Assembly (NCBI GenBank): GCA_965228855.1
Contig: CBDDIJ010000002.1
Coordinates: forward strand, 384,001 to 448,000
Length of the DNA: 64,000 nt
DNA from: Candidatus Obscuribacterales bacterium
GTDB lineage: Bacteria > Cyanobacteriota > Vampirovibrionia > Obscuribacterales > Obscuribacteraceae
Direction: 5' to 3'
Part shown: one piece after another, positions 30,424-40,800 of the stretch
Position numbering within the stretch: the stretch's first letter is position 1
Layout: the number at the start of each line of letters is the position of its first letter
Translations under genes and position numbers: made by a program
The notes under the pieces: model-generated
Database searches by the model: none
What the model was told of the DNA's origin: nothing
What the model saw: only the letters and a program-made list of their open reading frames with translations

Positions 30424-31608
30424 TCAGTACTTACCGTACCCGTTCGGATAGATCGGGTCGTAGCCCGGGACCTTCTCCATCAGAGCCTTCAGTTCGGCGG
30501 CGCGCTTCTCCTTCTCAGCCGCAGCCTCGGCGCTCAGACGAACCTGCGCTTCCTCGAGGTCCTTGCTCGTGAACGGTCCAGCCACGCCGAACGTGCGCCG
30601 AACCTTCGCGATCGCGGACTCGCCGGCAGCTTCACGAACCTGAGCAGCGGTGAAACCGCTATCGAGGTCGAACATGCTGCGAACGATTCTGCCGGACTCC
30701 TCACCACGCGAGAGAGCGATGGCAGACTCGCTGCAGTTGTTCTCGTCAATACCTTTGACGAGGTACTCGGAGTCACGAGCTCCCAGAGCCTCCGACAGCG
30801 AAGTTTCGCTGATCGGTCCGTTCAGGGAGAGGTCTTCACGCTGCAAGCGCAGGCGCTTCTCGCCGAGTTTCATCGCGAGCTCGTCGAACGTCCAGGTCTC
30901 GGGCAGCTTCTTTTCCGCAGCGAAGACTTTCTGAAGATGGGCGGCGACTGCCCGCTTCATGTCCTCGTAGCCGGCATCGCGTTTGAAGTCGTATTCCGCG
31001 CGAAACCAGCCTGAAGTCTCCGGTCCGGCGACTTCGCGATACTGCTCGTAGGCGAAACGAGCCGACAGCCCCGGATAGATTTTGACCTTCTCCTGAAGAA
31101 GCGCCTCGGCTTCCCGCTGGAAGTATTCGGTCGAGTCCTTCGGATAGTTGGTCATAACCCCCTTGGAGAGGTCGTAGCCATTCATATGACCGAACATGAA
31201 ACGGAGTTCGTCGCGACCCAGAGCCATGATGTAATCGCGCTCAGTGAAGCCGGTCGCCAATCCGAGGTACTCCATCCGCTCCGCGAGCCGATTGGCACCG
31301 ACTGCGCGACGCAGATCAGCGCAAGTAAAATTCGGACCGATGCTGTACCGGCGCCGAAGTTCCTGAATGGACCGCTCGCCGCTTGAACGCACGATATCCG
31401 CCTCGGTGAAGGCTTCGCCGACGCGATATGACTTCTGGATGGACTCGACTGCGAGGTCGCCGGCGCTCTTGCGAATCATCTCCGCGTCGAACTTGGCGGG
31501 CAGGTTGTGAGTGGCGCGCAGCGATTCGAGAGCATTACGCTCGGCGAACGCACTGGTCGAGAGAACCGCGGTGAAAGCGACCGAGAGAAGGAGAGCCAAC
31601 TTGCGCAT
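30424..31608 (-). CDS. Secreted protein with ~26-aa degenerate repeats
   Basis: Signal peptide MRKLALLLSVAFTAVLSTSAFA; repeats FTEADIVRSSGE, FTCADLRRAVGA, FTERDYIMALGR, WTFDELAMKLGE, FTAAQVREAAGE. Confidence 0.75.
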   Translation of the reverse strand: MRKLALLLSVAFTAVLSTSAFAERNALESLRATHNLPAKFDAEMIRKSAGDLAVESIQKSYRVGEAFTEADIVRSSGERSIQELRRRYSIGPNFTCADLRRAVGANRLAERMEYLGLATGFTERDYIMALGRDELRFMFGHMNGYDLSKGVMTNYPKDSTEYFQREAEALLQEKVKIYPGLSARFAYEQYREVAGPETSGWFRAEYDFKRDAGYEDMKRAVAAHLQKVFAAEKKLPETWTFDELAMKLGEKRLRLQREDLSLNGPISETSLSEALGARDSEYLVKGIDENNCSESAIALSRGEESGRIVRSMFDLDSGFTAAQVREAAGESAIAKVRRTFGVAGPFTSKDLEEAQVRLSAEAAAEKEKRAAELKALMEKVPGYDPIYPNGYGKY

Positions 31609-31946
31609 TTGAAGACCTATCGATTTGAGGTTCAAGAATGCGAACCCAGCTATTCGACCGCAAGTCAAACCCAGAATTCCATCAAAGTCGTACACCCAGA
31701 CCAATCCCAGAAGCGTTGCGGCAACTGGCAGTGGTTTGGATTAGTGACGATGACGGTGTTCTGGTTTTGTGTACGACGCATAGATGAGTTCAGTGAAGGA
31801 CTTGAACCTACACGCGCAAACGGTTTAAACCTAAGAAAATCGGTTGCAAAACCGACACCACGCGCACCATCAGTGGTGCAATTACGCAATCGCATGCTCA
31901 CCAGTATCACGTGACCGGTAACGTTCCCGTCACGCCCTTCCGCCTC

Positions 31947-32175
31947 CTACTATGGAAAACCCAGTTCATTTTTCGAGCGTGTAATCGAAGGGTGGCGACC
32001 AGTTTCACAAAATGCAGTCCCATCACCTGCCTCGGTTGTCTATCACTCGTTGACGGATTTTCGAAAATTCGTCAACGAGCGATAGACAAAACTATTCAAG
32101 CGAAACTGACGGCGAAGCGAAACATGCACACAATCAGCCTTACCGACTCAAAGCAACCACGAAGGCATATAGTAG
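31947..32175. repeat. Composite palindromic element, locus 6 (core 32036-32089, near-perfect palindrome)
   Basis: TTGTCTATCACTCGTTGACGGATTTTCGAAAATTCGTCAACGAGCGATAGACAA; arms CTACTATG 31947 and TATAGTAG 32168. Confidence 0.95.
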
Positions 32176-32194
32176 AGTCTTGGGGGAGAAGCAA

Positions 32195-32302
32195 AGGGCA
32201 TAGCGCAACGCACTCCGAAAAGTACGCTGGCTACGCCCTCTGCAACCCCTCGCCGAAGGGCATAGCGCAGGACTCTCGTTACAAGAGCCCTGGCTACACC
32301 CT
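32195..32302 (-). terminator. Tandem pair of related hairpins
   Basis: AGGGCATAGCGCA...TGGCTAC(G/A)CCCT twice (32195-32239, 32257-32302) with different inner stems. Confidence 0.6.
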
Positions 32303-32399
32303 CCGGGTCAGTTGGAGTTTTAACCTGCTGGTTTCGACGCGCCCCCGGCAGGGTTTGGCGTCGTCCTCGCAGGTACTCAGGCGGGTCCCGATATTGCTA

Positions 32400-33551
32400 T
32401 CAGGAATCCGCGCCTTCGCCTCCCTCATCTTCGTCGTCGATCTCGAGGACAACGTCCGTCTTGACTCGACGAGGATCTTCCCCATCGCTGAAGTTGTCGA
32501 CCTTGCGCGGCTCGAGCGAAATCTCGTGGCCGTTGGGCAGGCAGCCCGGCTCGGTCTCCGTGTACGGAACGGCATCGACCACGAACGAGCGTCGACCGTC
32601 GTCGCCCCGGATGACCGGAACCGACACGCCGAACAGTTCGTTGTGGCAGAGCACGCCCGTGAAGAAGCCGGTGGCGCGGCGGTCGTAGTCCCGCAGGTGG
32701 CCCATGCGCGCCGGATCCCAGAGGTAGCCGACTTCATGGTACTCGTGGAACTTCAACTGCAGACCAGGCAGCGTGTGGTCCGGCGTGGTGTGCCAGCCCG
32801 ACGCGACCTTGCCGTCGAAGGAGCGAACGATGTTGAGCTGGCGCTGCTCGTGTTCGACACCCGCAGCGTCTGCACCATTCCGGCGACGGAAGTCACCGAT
32901 CATGAACAGCGTGCGCTTGTTGACCAGAACAGCCGAGCCGTAACGCAGCACGTGAATGTTGGGATTCTTGTGCAGGTTGAACAGCACGTCCAGGCTCTTC
33001 GGGAGCGAAATCGTCGGATCCGACGGATGCTCCTTCGCCTTCGGATGGCCGACGACCCAGGCGTCCCAGACGCGCTTGGTCTGCTGGATCCATTCCATCA
33101 GACGAATTTCGTTCGGCATCGACAGGTGCGTCGCGGAAGGGATGTAGATCACCTTGCCGCCGGACGCTTCCTGGAACTGCTCGATGAACTTGCCGCACAT
33201 CTCGCCCAGCGCGAGGACCTGGTCCTCGAAGCCGCCCGCCGCCATGGCTTCCGCCACTTCGGGAGCGTCCGGGTAGTCGTGCAGGTAGTTCTCTTCGTCT
33301 TCACCGAAGCGCTTGAAGGCGTCCTCGTCGACGATACCACCGAGCAGAAAGACAACCTCCGGTTTCGTGTCCCGGAGGTAGTTGAGCACCTGCTCCACCA
33401 TGGAGCGGTCGTGGTGCGGGAAGTACATGTGAGCGAGAGCGACCACGCGCATCCCATCCTTCAGCTGCATCGGGTAGATGCCAGCCTCGTGGAGAGACGT
33501 CTTCGGATCCTCCTTCACCGTAACCCGCTTGTGATGTGTGCCTCTTGGCAT
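32400..33551 (-). CDS. Calcineurin-like phosphoesterase paralog with degenerate metal motifs
   Basis: VVALAHMYFPHHD, LLGGIVD, IPSATH align with PDIHVPAHD, GDVAD, GNHE of 34374..35369; AGGAG RBS. Confidence 0.65.
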   Translation of the reverse strand: MPRGTHHKRVTVKEDPKTSLHEAGIYPMQLKDGMRVVALAHMYFPHHDRSMVEQVLNYLRDTKPEVVFLLGGIVDEDAFKRFGEDEENYLHDYPDAPEVAEAMAAGGFEDQVLALGEMCGKFIEQFQEASGGKVIYIPSATHLSMPNEIRLMEWIQQTKRVWDAWVVGHPKAKEHPSDPTISLPKSLDVLFNLHKNPNIHVLRYGSAVLVNKRTLFMIGDFRRRNGADAAGVEHEQRQLNIVRSFDGKVASGWHTTPDHTLPGLQLKFHEYHEVGYLWDPARMGHLRDYDRRATGFFTGVLCHNELFGVSVPVIRGDDGRRSFVVDAVPYTETEPGCLPNGHEISLEPRKVDNFSDGEDPRRVKTDVVLEIDDEDEGGEGADS

Positions 33552-33567
33552 AACAATAACTCCTAGG

Positions 33568-34347
33568 TTAGAGGAGCAGCCCGGCCGCGTCGAGCTTCTT
33601 GTAGAAGTCGATAACGGTCGGAGCGAGCTGCTCGCGGTCGTTGAGACGGAGAACGTTGGGCGCCTTGATCCCACGGTTGTAGGATTCGGGCACGAGGATC
33701 GCAGCGTGGGCCATCTGGCCGACGCCAACCGCGGTTTCAGCGGAGTCTTCGACGATCAGAGGGATGTGCTCCTCCGCCATCTCGTACTTCTTCTGACCGG
33801 GGGTGACGAACCGAACGTCGACGTCGGGGTTGAGCCCGAGGCGAGCAATCAAGTCCTTGGTGACGCGCTGCGCGATGCCGGTGCCGTAGCCCTGGGCATG
33901 GTTGTCGATGCGCATCTCGGCCGCACCCGGAACCCAGGTCCAGACCTTGACGTCGATGCCGGCGTCCTTGATGGCCTTGATCGCTTCGACCACGCCGGGG
34001 TACGGCTGCAGGTCGGCGTAACCACCCTGCGCGCGACGCGCGAAGGTGATGAAGGCCTCCAGGAATTCCTTGCCGGACAGAGCGTTGTCCGGGTCCATCT
34101 GCATGTGGTAGAAGGCGGTCTTGCGAGCATCGATGTTGTGACCGAAGTGCAAGTTGCAGAACCCGGCGAAGGCGCCGAGCCAATCGACCAGCGTGTTGTG
34201 CAGGTCGAGGACCACCGCGCGCTCCCAACGGAAGTCGGGATCGCTCGGGGTCAAAACGCTACGCGGAGGCCAGTTCGGCGCCGTCGCTGCGGGAACCGCA
34301 ACGACCTTCGCCCGGCGACCGCTCGTAGATTTCTTCTTGGAAGTCAT
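33568..34347 (-). CDS. HAD-superfamily 5'(3')-nucleotidase-like protein
   Basis: VLDLHNTLVDW (motif I), LQPYPGVVEAI, LIVEDS, YNR; AAAGGAG RBS. Confidence 0.7.
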   Translation of the reverse strand: MTSKKKSTSGRRAKVVAVPAATAPNWPPRSVLTPSDPDFRWERAVVLDLHNTLVDWLGAFAGFCNLHFGHNIDARKTAFYHMQMDPDNALSGKEFLEAFITFARRAQGGYADLQPYPGVVEAIKAIKDAGIDVKVWTWVPGAAEMRIDNHAQGYGTGIAQRVTKDLIARLGLNPDVDVRFVTPGQKKYEMAEEHIPLIVEDSAETAVGVGQMAHAAILVPESYNRGIKAPNVLRLNDREQLAPTVIDFYKKLDAAGLLL

Positions 34348-34373
34348 GTTGATGATCTCCTTTGTAAAATCGC

Positions 34374-35369
34374 CTAGCGGTCCGGCGAACGATAGGTCTT
34401 ACCCGCGAAGGTAAAGCCCATCTTCGGACGGCCGTCGACGGTGACTTGTTTGATGGGAACCGGCTGCAAGTGAACCTTGCCGCCAACGATCTTGCCGACG
34501 CCGATGGCCTCGTGCCAGTTGTTGGTCAGGTTCGAGTACGCCAGGTACGGATGGGTCGGGTCGACCAGGTGACCGAGCTCGATGGCACGGATTTCGCCAT
34601 TGGTCGTCTGACGGACCGTCATGCCGACGCGGTGCGTGTGACCGGTCGAGGTCGAGCGGCCCGACATGTCGGCGTCAGCGCGGGGGCTGGCAGCCGGCTT
34701 GGGGCGCACGATGCGACCGTGGTGGAATTCCATGTCCCCGTTGATGAGGATGGCACCACCGAAGCCGCCGCGCTCCGCCAGGTCGTAGATGAACGTCACC
34801 GGATCACCAGGCTTGTAGCCCATCAGGCCGTGGAACGACATGATCGGCTCGCGCGTGTTGAAGTCCAGGATGTTCGCGACAGCGGGGGCGGGGTCGGACA
34901 GATACCGCAGCATCCGATCTTCGTGGTTGCCCATGATGTAGAACACATGGATGCAGTTCGAGATCTTGATGAGCGAATCGACCAGACGACGGGTCTCATC
35001 CAGCTCAGCCTGCTGGTTGACGGCAACGCGAGGCGGCCGTGCCCAACGGGAGAGAGCGAACACATCGGCGACGTCGCCGATGAAGATGATGATGTGCGGC
35101 TGGTAGTCCTTCAGGAAAGCTTTGATCGCCCAGAGAGCCAGCTTGTCGTGCGCCGGGACGTGGATGTCCGGCAGAACGACGATGCGGGTACCGTCGGGCA
35201 GATCGAGGGGAAGAATGCCGGCGTACGAAAGAAAGCCGAGGCCCTTGTTGCTGTTGCGAGCAGCAATTTCGTTGGCGAGCAGCTGACGAATTTCAGCGGG
35301 CTCCGCGCCAGTAGCCTTGGCCAGCTTGCGAGCCGCATCTTCCAGAGAAGACGCGTGTGTCTTGTGCAT
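34374..35369 (-). CDS. Calcineurin-like metallophosphoesterase (phage-type)
   Basis: DIH, GDVAD, GNHEDR, HHG, GHTHR all intact; AAGGAG RBS. Confidence 0.9.
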   Translation of the reverse strand: MHKTHASSLEDAARKLAKATGAEPAEIRQLLANEIAARNSNKGLGFLSYAGILPLDLPDGTRIVVLPDIHVPAHDKLALWAIKAFLKDYQPHIIIFIGDVADVFALSRWARPPRVAVNQQAELDETRRLVDSLIKISNCIHVFYIMGNHEDRMLRYLSDPAPAVANILDFNTREPIMSFHGLMGYKPGDPVTFIYDLAERGGFGGAILINGDMEFHHGRIVRPKPAASPRADADMSGRSTSTGHTHRVGMTVRQTTNGEIRAIELGHLVDPTHPYLAYSNLTNNWHEAIGVGKIVGGKVHLQPVPIKQVTVDGRPKMGFTFAGKTYRSPDR

Positions 35370-36234
35370 GGCAATTTACTCCTTCTCGCCTCAGTCATGA
35401 TTCGGAGGCGTGGGTTAAGAACTTCGAGTCTCTGGTGTGCAATGGGCAGCGCCAGCTCGAAGTTGGAAATCGCAGGCCTCATGAGAGGCGAGAATTGTTG
35501 TTGCGAGAGAAACAGACCTTACGACCCATCTCTCACAGGGAGGAAAGACCCGCTTGCCGGAGCAAGGTCTTCTGGGTTGGTGGAAACGATGGTTGTGCTT
35601 GAATTTGGGAAGTGGACAACCGGTACAGCGATTTGGAACGAAGATACCTAGAGACTAGGAAAACCACAGAACCGCGAACAATGAAGATTTCGGTAATAAT
35701 TGAAAAGCTGAGTTCCTTCTAATCCCGCACCAGGGTTGCCAAGAAGCCGATCCCCGCCGGCACACATGCGCTGAAACCGCGCGCACAAGCCCTATCTCAC
35801 GCGCGCGAAAGTATTCTTGCCAGCAAAACCTTTAGCTCCAAATTCTCTATAGCTTAGAAAAGCGAGGACAAACTGACAGTTAGCGAGGCTAAGAAAGCTC
35901 TTCCAGCAAGCTTTTCCAGACGGACAAGATGATACTGATTTCAGCTTTTGTCACTGGTACTTACTGGTTATGCCAACTGTTAAGCCTTCGCGCTCGATGC
36001 GCGAATCCCAAAGCTCGCCAAGCGTAGCGCATTAATGCCGACTAACCAGGACTGAAAGACACTCACATTCTGCAGTTCGGTTTGGCATTCCAGAAGCACT
36101 ATTTACTAAACCGCATTCAGACGCGGTTTATTTTTCCATCCGGCGAATGACACCATCGGCGGTATCAGAAGCAAAGGCGCGACAATTTCGACCCGTTTCA
36201 TAATCGAGAGAATGCAACGGTTTATCGCTTACAA

Positions 36235-37224
36235 CTAAGAGATGTGTTCGATCTTCTCGTACATCGCCTGACGCGGATTCGGCTCCTGCGAAATCTCCTG
36301 AAGCCGCTTGTACAGCTTCACTTCTTCCCCGGAAAGCTTTTTCGGAATGACGACATCGATAATCACCAGCATGTCGGCACCAGCCAAACCTTTGCCTTTC
36401 AGGCGATACATCCGTCCTTGCTGAGTGAGCGGTTGAATCTGCATGGAGACCTTACCGGTCGCAGTCGGTATTTGAATATCCGCGCCGAGCATAGCCTCGT
36501 AAATCGTGACCGGAACGACGCACTTAATTTCCTTGCCGATCACCTTCAGCACCGGGTGCTCGCGGAGCTTTATTTTGAAGATCAAATCCCCATATTTTCC
36601 GGCTCTCAAATCCCAGCGCCCTTGTCCCTGTTTACGAATCTCGTCACCGTGACACATTCCCGGTGGCAAATCAAATTCCGCAGTCCGGTCGACGTTGAAA
36701 TATCCCAGTCCCCGACAGGCGTCGCATTGCATTCGCTCCAGCGGTTTCTTATCTGCGCACTGTTCGCATGGCGTCGGATCGGTAATGATGATCGATTTAT
36801 GCGTGCCTTTGACGGCTTCTTTCAAACTGATCTCAAGCTCCATTTCGAGCGATTGAGCTTGGATTAAGACCTCTTCGGCACCCTTGGGACGAACCGCTTC
36901 AGCCGTAGCCTTCGCGGTTTTCGTAACCTTGCCCCAGAGGGCGCGCACGTCCGACGTCTGCCGAAAAACCTCGGAATTTTTGTCGTACTCTTTCCTTTTG
37001 GCAGGATTCATGAGCACTTCGTACGCTTCGGTTATGTCGCGGAAGGTGCGAGCCTGCACCTCATTGTCCACGGTATTTGCCGCAACATGAGGTCCAAACT
37101 TCTCGTAGAGGTCATGGTAGTTTTCAGAAATTTCTTGTGTCGTCGCGTTCGGTCTGACACCAAGGATGTAGTAATAATCCTTGTGCGTCTTCAACTGAGC
37201 GTTCGATTTGTCATCATCAGCCAT
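36235..37224 (-). CDS. DnaJ/CbpA-like protein with an atypical J domain
   Basis: KDYYYILGV, ITEAYEVL, CEQC/CDACRGLG, DnaJ C-terminal domain; HPD replaced by GPH. Confidence 0.8.
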   Translation of the reverse strand: MADDDKSNAQLKTHKDYYYILGVRPNATTQEISENYHDLYEKFGPHVAANTVDNEVQARTFRDITEAYEVLMNPAKRKEYDKNSEVFRQTSDVRALWGKVTKTAKATAEAVRPKGAEEVLIQAQSLEMELEISLKEAVKGTHKSIIITDPTPCEQCADKKPLERMQCDACRGLGYFNVDRTAEFDLPPGMCHGDEIRKQGQGRWDLRAGKYGDLIFKIKLREHPVLKVIGKEIKCVVPVTIYEAMLGADIQIPTATGKVSMQIQPLTQQGRMYRLKGKGLAGADMLVIIDVVIPKKLSGEEVKLYKRLQEISQEPNPRQAMYEKIEHIS

Positions 37225-37435
37225 GCGTAAATTCTCGCAAAACAACCTTCCAGTAAGGAAAGTGATGGGCTCCGAAAAGCCAGCGAATATTCGGTCTAAT
37301 TACTAAGTCGCCCGAACGGGCAGCCGTATCCATAATACACAGTTAAAACCATCAAGCAACTATTACATACCACGCCGGACGCGCAAATCTCGCCGCGCAA
37401 GCCAGGGTTTCCGCCCATCATCGCTCTGCCTCATC

Positions 37436-37645
37436 AGTCTCAGTCAGGGTGTTCAATCTGAAGGAACGCAAGGGGTACTCCGTCCAAACAAAAATCTGCC
37501 GTCTCATAAACAATTACTGGAACTCAAACATTTAATTCAAAAACCGAGACCAACAAAAAGATTCTGGGCAATCTTCCAGTAGAACAAACTACCACCTGAC
37601 AAAACTGTCCGAATCGAACCGCTTCGCAAGAGGCGGTTTTTCTCT
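37436..37645 (+). ncRNA. Candidate structured ncRNA (6S-like rod)
   Basis: GTCAGG(37443)/CCTGAC(37595), TGTTC/GAACA, AATCT/AGATT and GTCTC/GAGAC nested pairings; plus-strand terminator AACCGCTTC-gcaa-GAGGCGGTTTTT with no plus-strand ORF to terminate. Confidence 0.4.
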
Positions 37646-37721
37646 TGCCTGGGCAAACGGCGTCGTTCGACCGGGTTGATCCCGCTAGCGCAATCGATTA
37701 GCAAATGTTTTTAAAGCAAAC

Positions 37722-37743
37722 AGCCGCCTGTCGACAGGCGGCT
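37722..37743 (-). terminator. Terminator for nrdJ
   Basis: AGCCGCCTG-tcga-CAGGCGGCT followed by GTTTGCTTT on the minus strand. Confidence 0.65.
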
Positions 37744-37861
37744 ATTCACTTGCTTTCGGTCAGTCGGAAATGACTTTCTTTAGCGATGCGGTGGTCGGGG
37801 TCGATTCTATTTCCGGCAGTGCGCTATTCGCCCTCACTGCCGGGCAAAAACCGATCGCCGA

Positions 37862-40800
37862 TTATCCGCACTTCGAGTATCCACAGGACTGACAGACGTT
37901 GCATCCGTCGATCTTGAGGAACTCTGCGCTTCCGCACTTGCCACACGATTTACCACGAGGTCCAGCGGTTTCAGTTGGAGAAACGCTTGCCGAGTTTGTG
38001 ATGGCAGCTTGCGGAACGAGTGTGTGATTCAGGGACTCTTCTGCTTCTGCCATGCCTTCGTGGTTGAGGGCATAGTGACGTCTGTAGTTCTGGATAGCTT
38101 TCGCCAATCCATCGCAAGGAGACTGGACTACGACTGCTTTGTCGGAGTCTTTGAACTTGAAGAATGCCGGATAACCGGACTGAATGTTGACGAGCTGTTT
38201 AACGATTTCCATCTCCGCCTTGGAACGCTCAACTTCACCGAATTCGGCTGCGTATTTCAGGAACGCCGAGGCGAGACGACCAACCGCTTCAAAGAGACCG
38301 CCCTCAATCGCGCCCGGTTTACCCATGCGAGCATAAACTTCGATGAGTTCGCCCGCACGTTCGACTTCGTGGTTCAAGCTGACGTGGAGAGTGGAGCCAC
38401 CATCCTCGGTACCAACTCTGACTTTGTAGGTCTGACCGGTCGTTTCTTCTACGTTGATTGCTCTGCGCTCGCTGTGTCCGAGAAGGGTTAACAAGTCGGA
38501 TTGACGATCGTAGTCCTGAGCGGCAATCTTCTCGACCGGCTGGCTCAAACGAGCACCGTCCGGATAGAAGGTGATGTCTTTCACTCCGAGCTTCCATGCC
38601 AGCATGGTGGCTTCGGCAACCAGGTCCTCACTGGACTCCAGCGGAATAGAGCAGGTGTTCGACACCGAGTTGAACGCTTCCGGATACTCGACAGCGCCTT
38701 TGTGAATTGCCGCCAGGTGTTTGATGTATTTATCCGGATCGACTTCGACACGCACGGGGAAAGCCTTCTGAACGGCGGCCGGAACTTCCTTCAAACCGCG
38801 GCACGATTTATGGTTGTCGCGAATCCGCTTGAGAAGAGCCTTTTCGCCTTCTTCATCAGCCGGCCAGGCGCCATGTTTGACCATCGCTTCTTTGAAGCCG
38901 GGTGCGAGGAAGTCGACGAAGCGGCTGCGAACCTTACGAGAGAAGACGATGCCGTTATGCGGATCCACGCCCCAACTTGTTTGTAGCGCTTGAGCGAGAG
39001 TTCCAGTCGGTGCATTGTTGGTCATGCAGCTGTTGCGAACACGCAAGCCCTTCTTCTGGAATTTGCTTCCTTCCCATAGAGGGTAAACGCCACGTTCCTT
39101 AGCCATCTCGATCGAAGCATCGACACTGGCTTTCGTGTATTGGCGGAAGAGGTTTTCGGTCGCCTCCAGTCCTTCCGGACTTCCGAATTCGACACCCAGG
39201 CGGGAGAGGAATTCTGCGATACCGGCGAATCCGCCGCCATTACGACGCTCCATACGAGCGGTCATGTTCTGAGCCGGAATCGGGTACCAGCTCACATCGG
39301 TAACGTTATCCATGAAGCGCTGCTGCACTCTGGTAGCCGCTTTCATAGCCTGCATGTTGTACGTGCCGTCCGGATTCCAGAAATCGAGGTGGGCGGCGTG
39401 GACGGAAGAGAGGTTGCAGTTGCCCATGTAGAAGTTGCCGTCTTTTCCGGGTCCGGCAGGGAGGAATTGCTCTCCGCAAGGATTGCAGGTGTTTAAATCA
39501 TAGATATGATCGTTGGCATTGCCTTCGTTGATGTGTTCATAGAAGCCGATACCAGGCTCGCCCGAGTCACGCATTCCTTCAACGATGCGCTGGAAAACCT
39601 CCGGTGCGTAGAAGTGACCTTTGACTTTCACGTATTTGTCGGTGATTTCAACGATCGCGTTCTTCAAATTCCGCGCCGCTTCAATAGCTCCGGGATAGGC
39701 TTTGATGTCGACCGCGTATTCATTGTAGACAGGCTCTTTGGTGAGTCTGTTTACTTTGACCTGTCCGGTTTTCTCATCCATGACAGGCTTTCTGGGATCG
39801 TAGAGCTCGCCGGACCACTTTTCTTTCGCGAATGAAGCTTGATAGAAGCTCTTGTTCGCGACCGCTTCCATAAAGCCGGGCATAGCGAGAACGGTTACGT
39901 TGGTGTTCTTGAGATAATTTTGGCGTTCCATATAAGAGTGGAAGCGCTCGCCATAACGTTTCTCCGAAATCTCGAGGATGCGTTTCTTATACGAAAGCGA
40001 GTCTTCGCCGATTTCCTGTCTGAATTCAGCGCGCACTTCCTCGAAGATACGTGACATCACCGGCGGTGGTATCAGTTTCTTCTTATCGATAAAGAACAGG
40101 ATGTCCGGGTGGTCAGAGTTGCGCAACTCGATCAACGCACCGCCGCGGCGGCCGCCCTGAGCAACAGCCTCAACTGCTTTGGCGATTGTCTTCTCGTAAA
40201 AACGATCGGGACCCGAAGCCGCAGCACCATTGGATATAATCGATGCCCAGGGGCGCAAGGTCGAGGTGTTGATACCCATTCCCATTGCAGCTTTGGCAGC
40301 AAGCGCCTCGATACGAGCGGCTTCCTGAATTCCTTCGAGGCTGTCTTCAACGTACGCAACGCCACAAGCGGCTAAACAGCCCTTGCCGCGCAGATTACCG
40401 GAAAGGCGACCCATCGCGACTTCGTGGTCGGACAGGTTGGCAGTGTTACCTGAGATGACTGCCTTTCTCAATTCCTCGGAACGCAACCAGATAGTCGCTT
40501 CTTTCAAACCAGCGAGCTTGCCGTGAGCCCAGTATTTCAAGACATCGAGCGAGACTTCCGGATCGGCATTGATGTTAGCAGGAGTGTTTGCCCAGAACTT
40601 CTGATTGCCGATGTGGTCAGCAAAGGTTTGACCCCACTGGACGACGACAGGGTGCTTCAGAGCATCTGCAAGTGAGATCTCGATAATTTCTTGCGGGCTT
40701 AGAACGTACTTCAACTCGGCCAGACCGACGGAAGTCGCTACTCTATTAATGATGCCGGAGGTGTCTTCGATAGGTTGCCCTGTGGTGGTGTCACGCTTTG

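Noticed and set aside
32036..32089. Palindrome as an integron attC, dif or protelomerase tel site
   Set aside because: No RYYYAAC/GTTRRRY ends or XerC/D consensus, many degenerate copies, and no IntI or TelN-like gene in the window. Only the analogy is retained.
31911..35651. Long plus-strand ORFs (551, 279 and 401 aa)
   Set aside because: Antisense shadows of the phosphoesterase/HAD operon, which has the RBSs and motifs.
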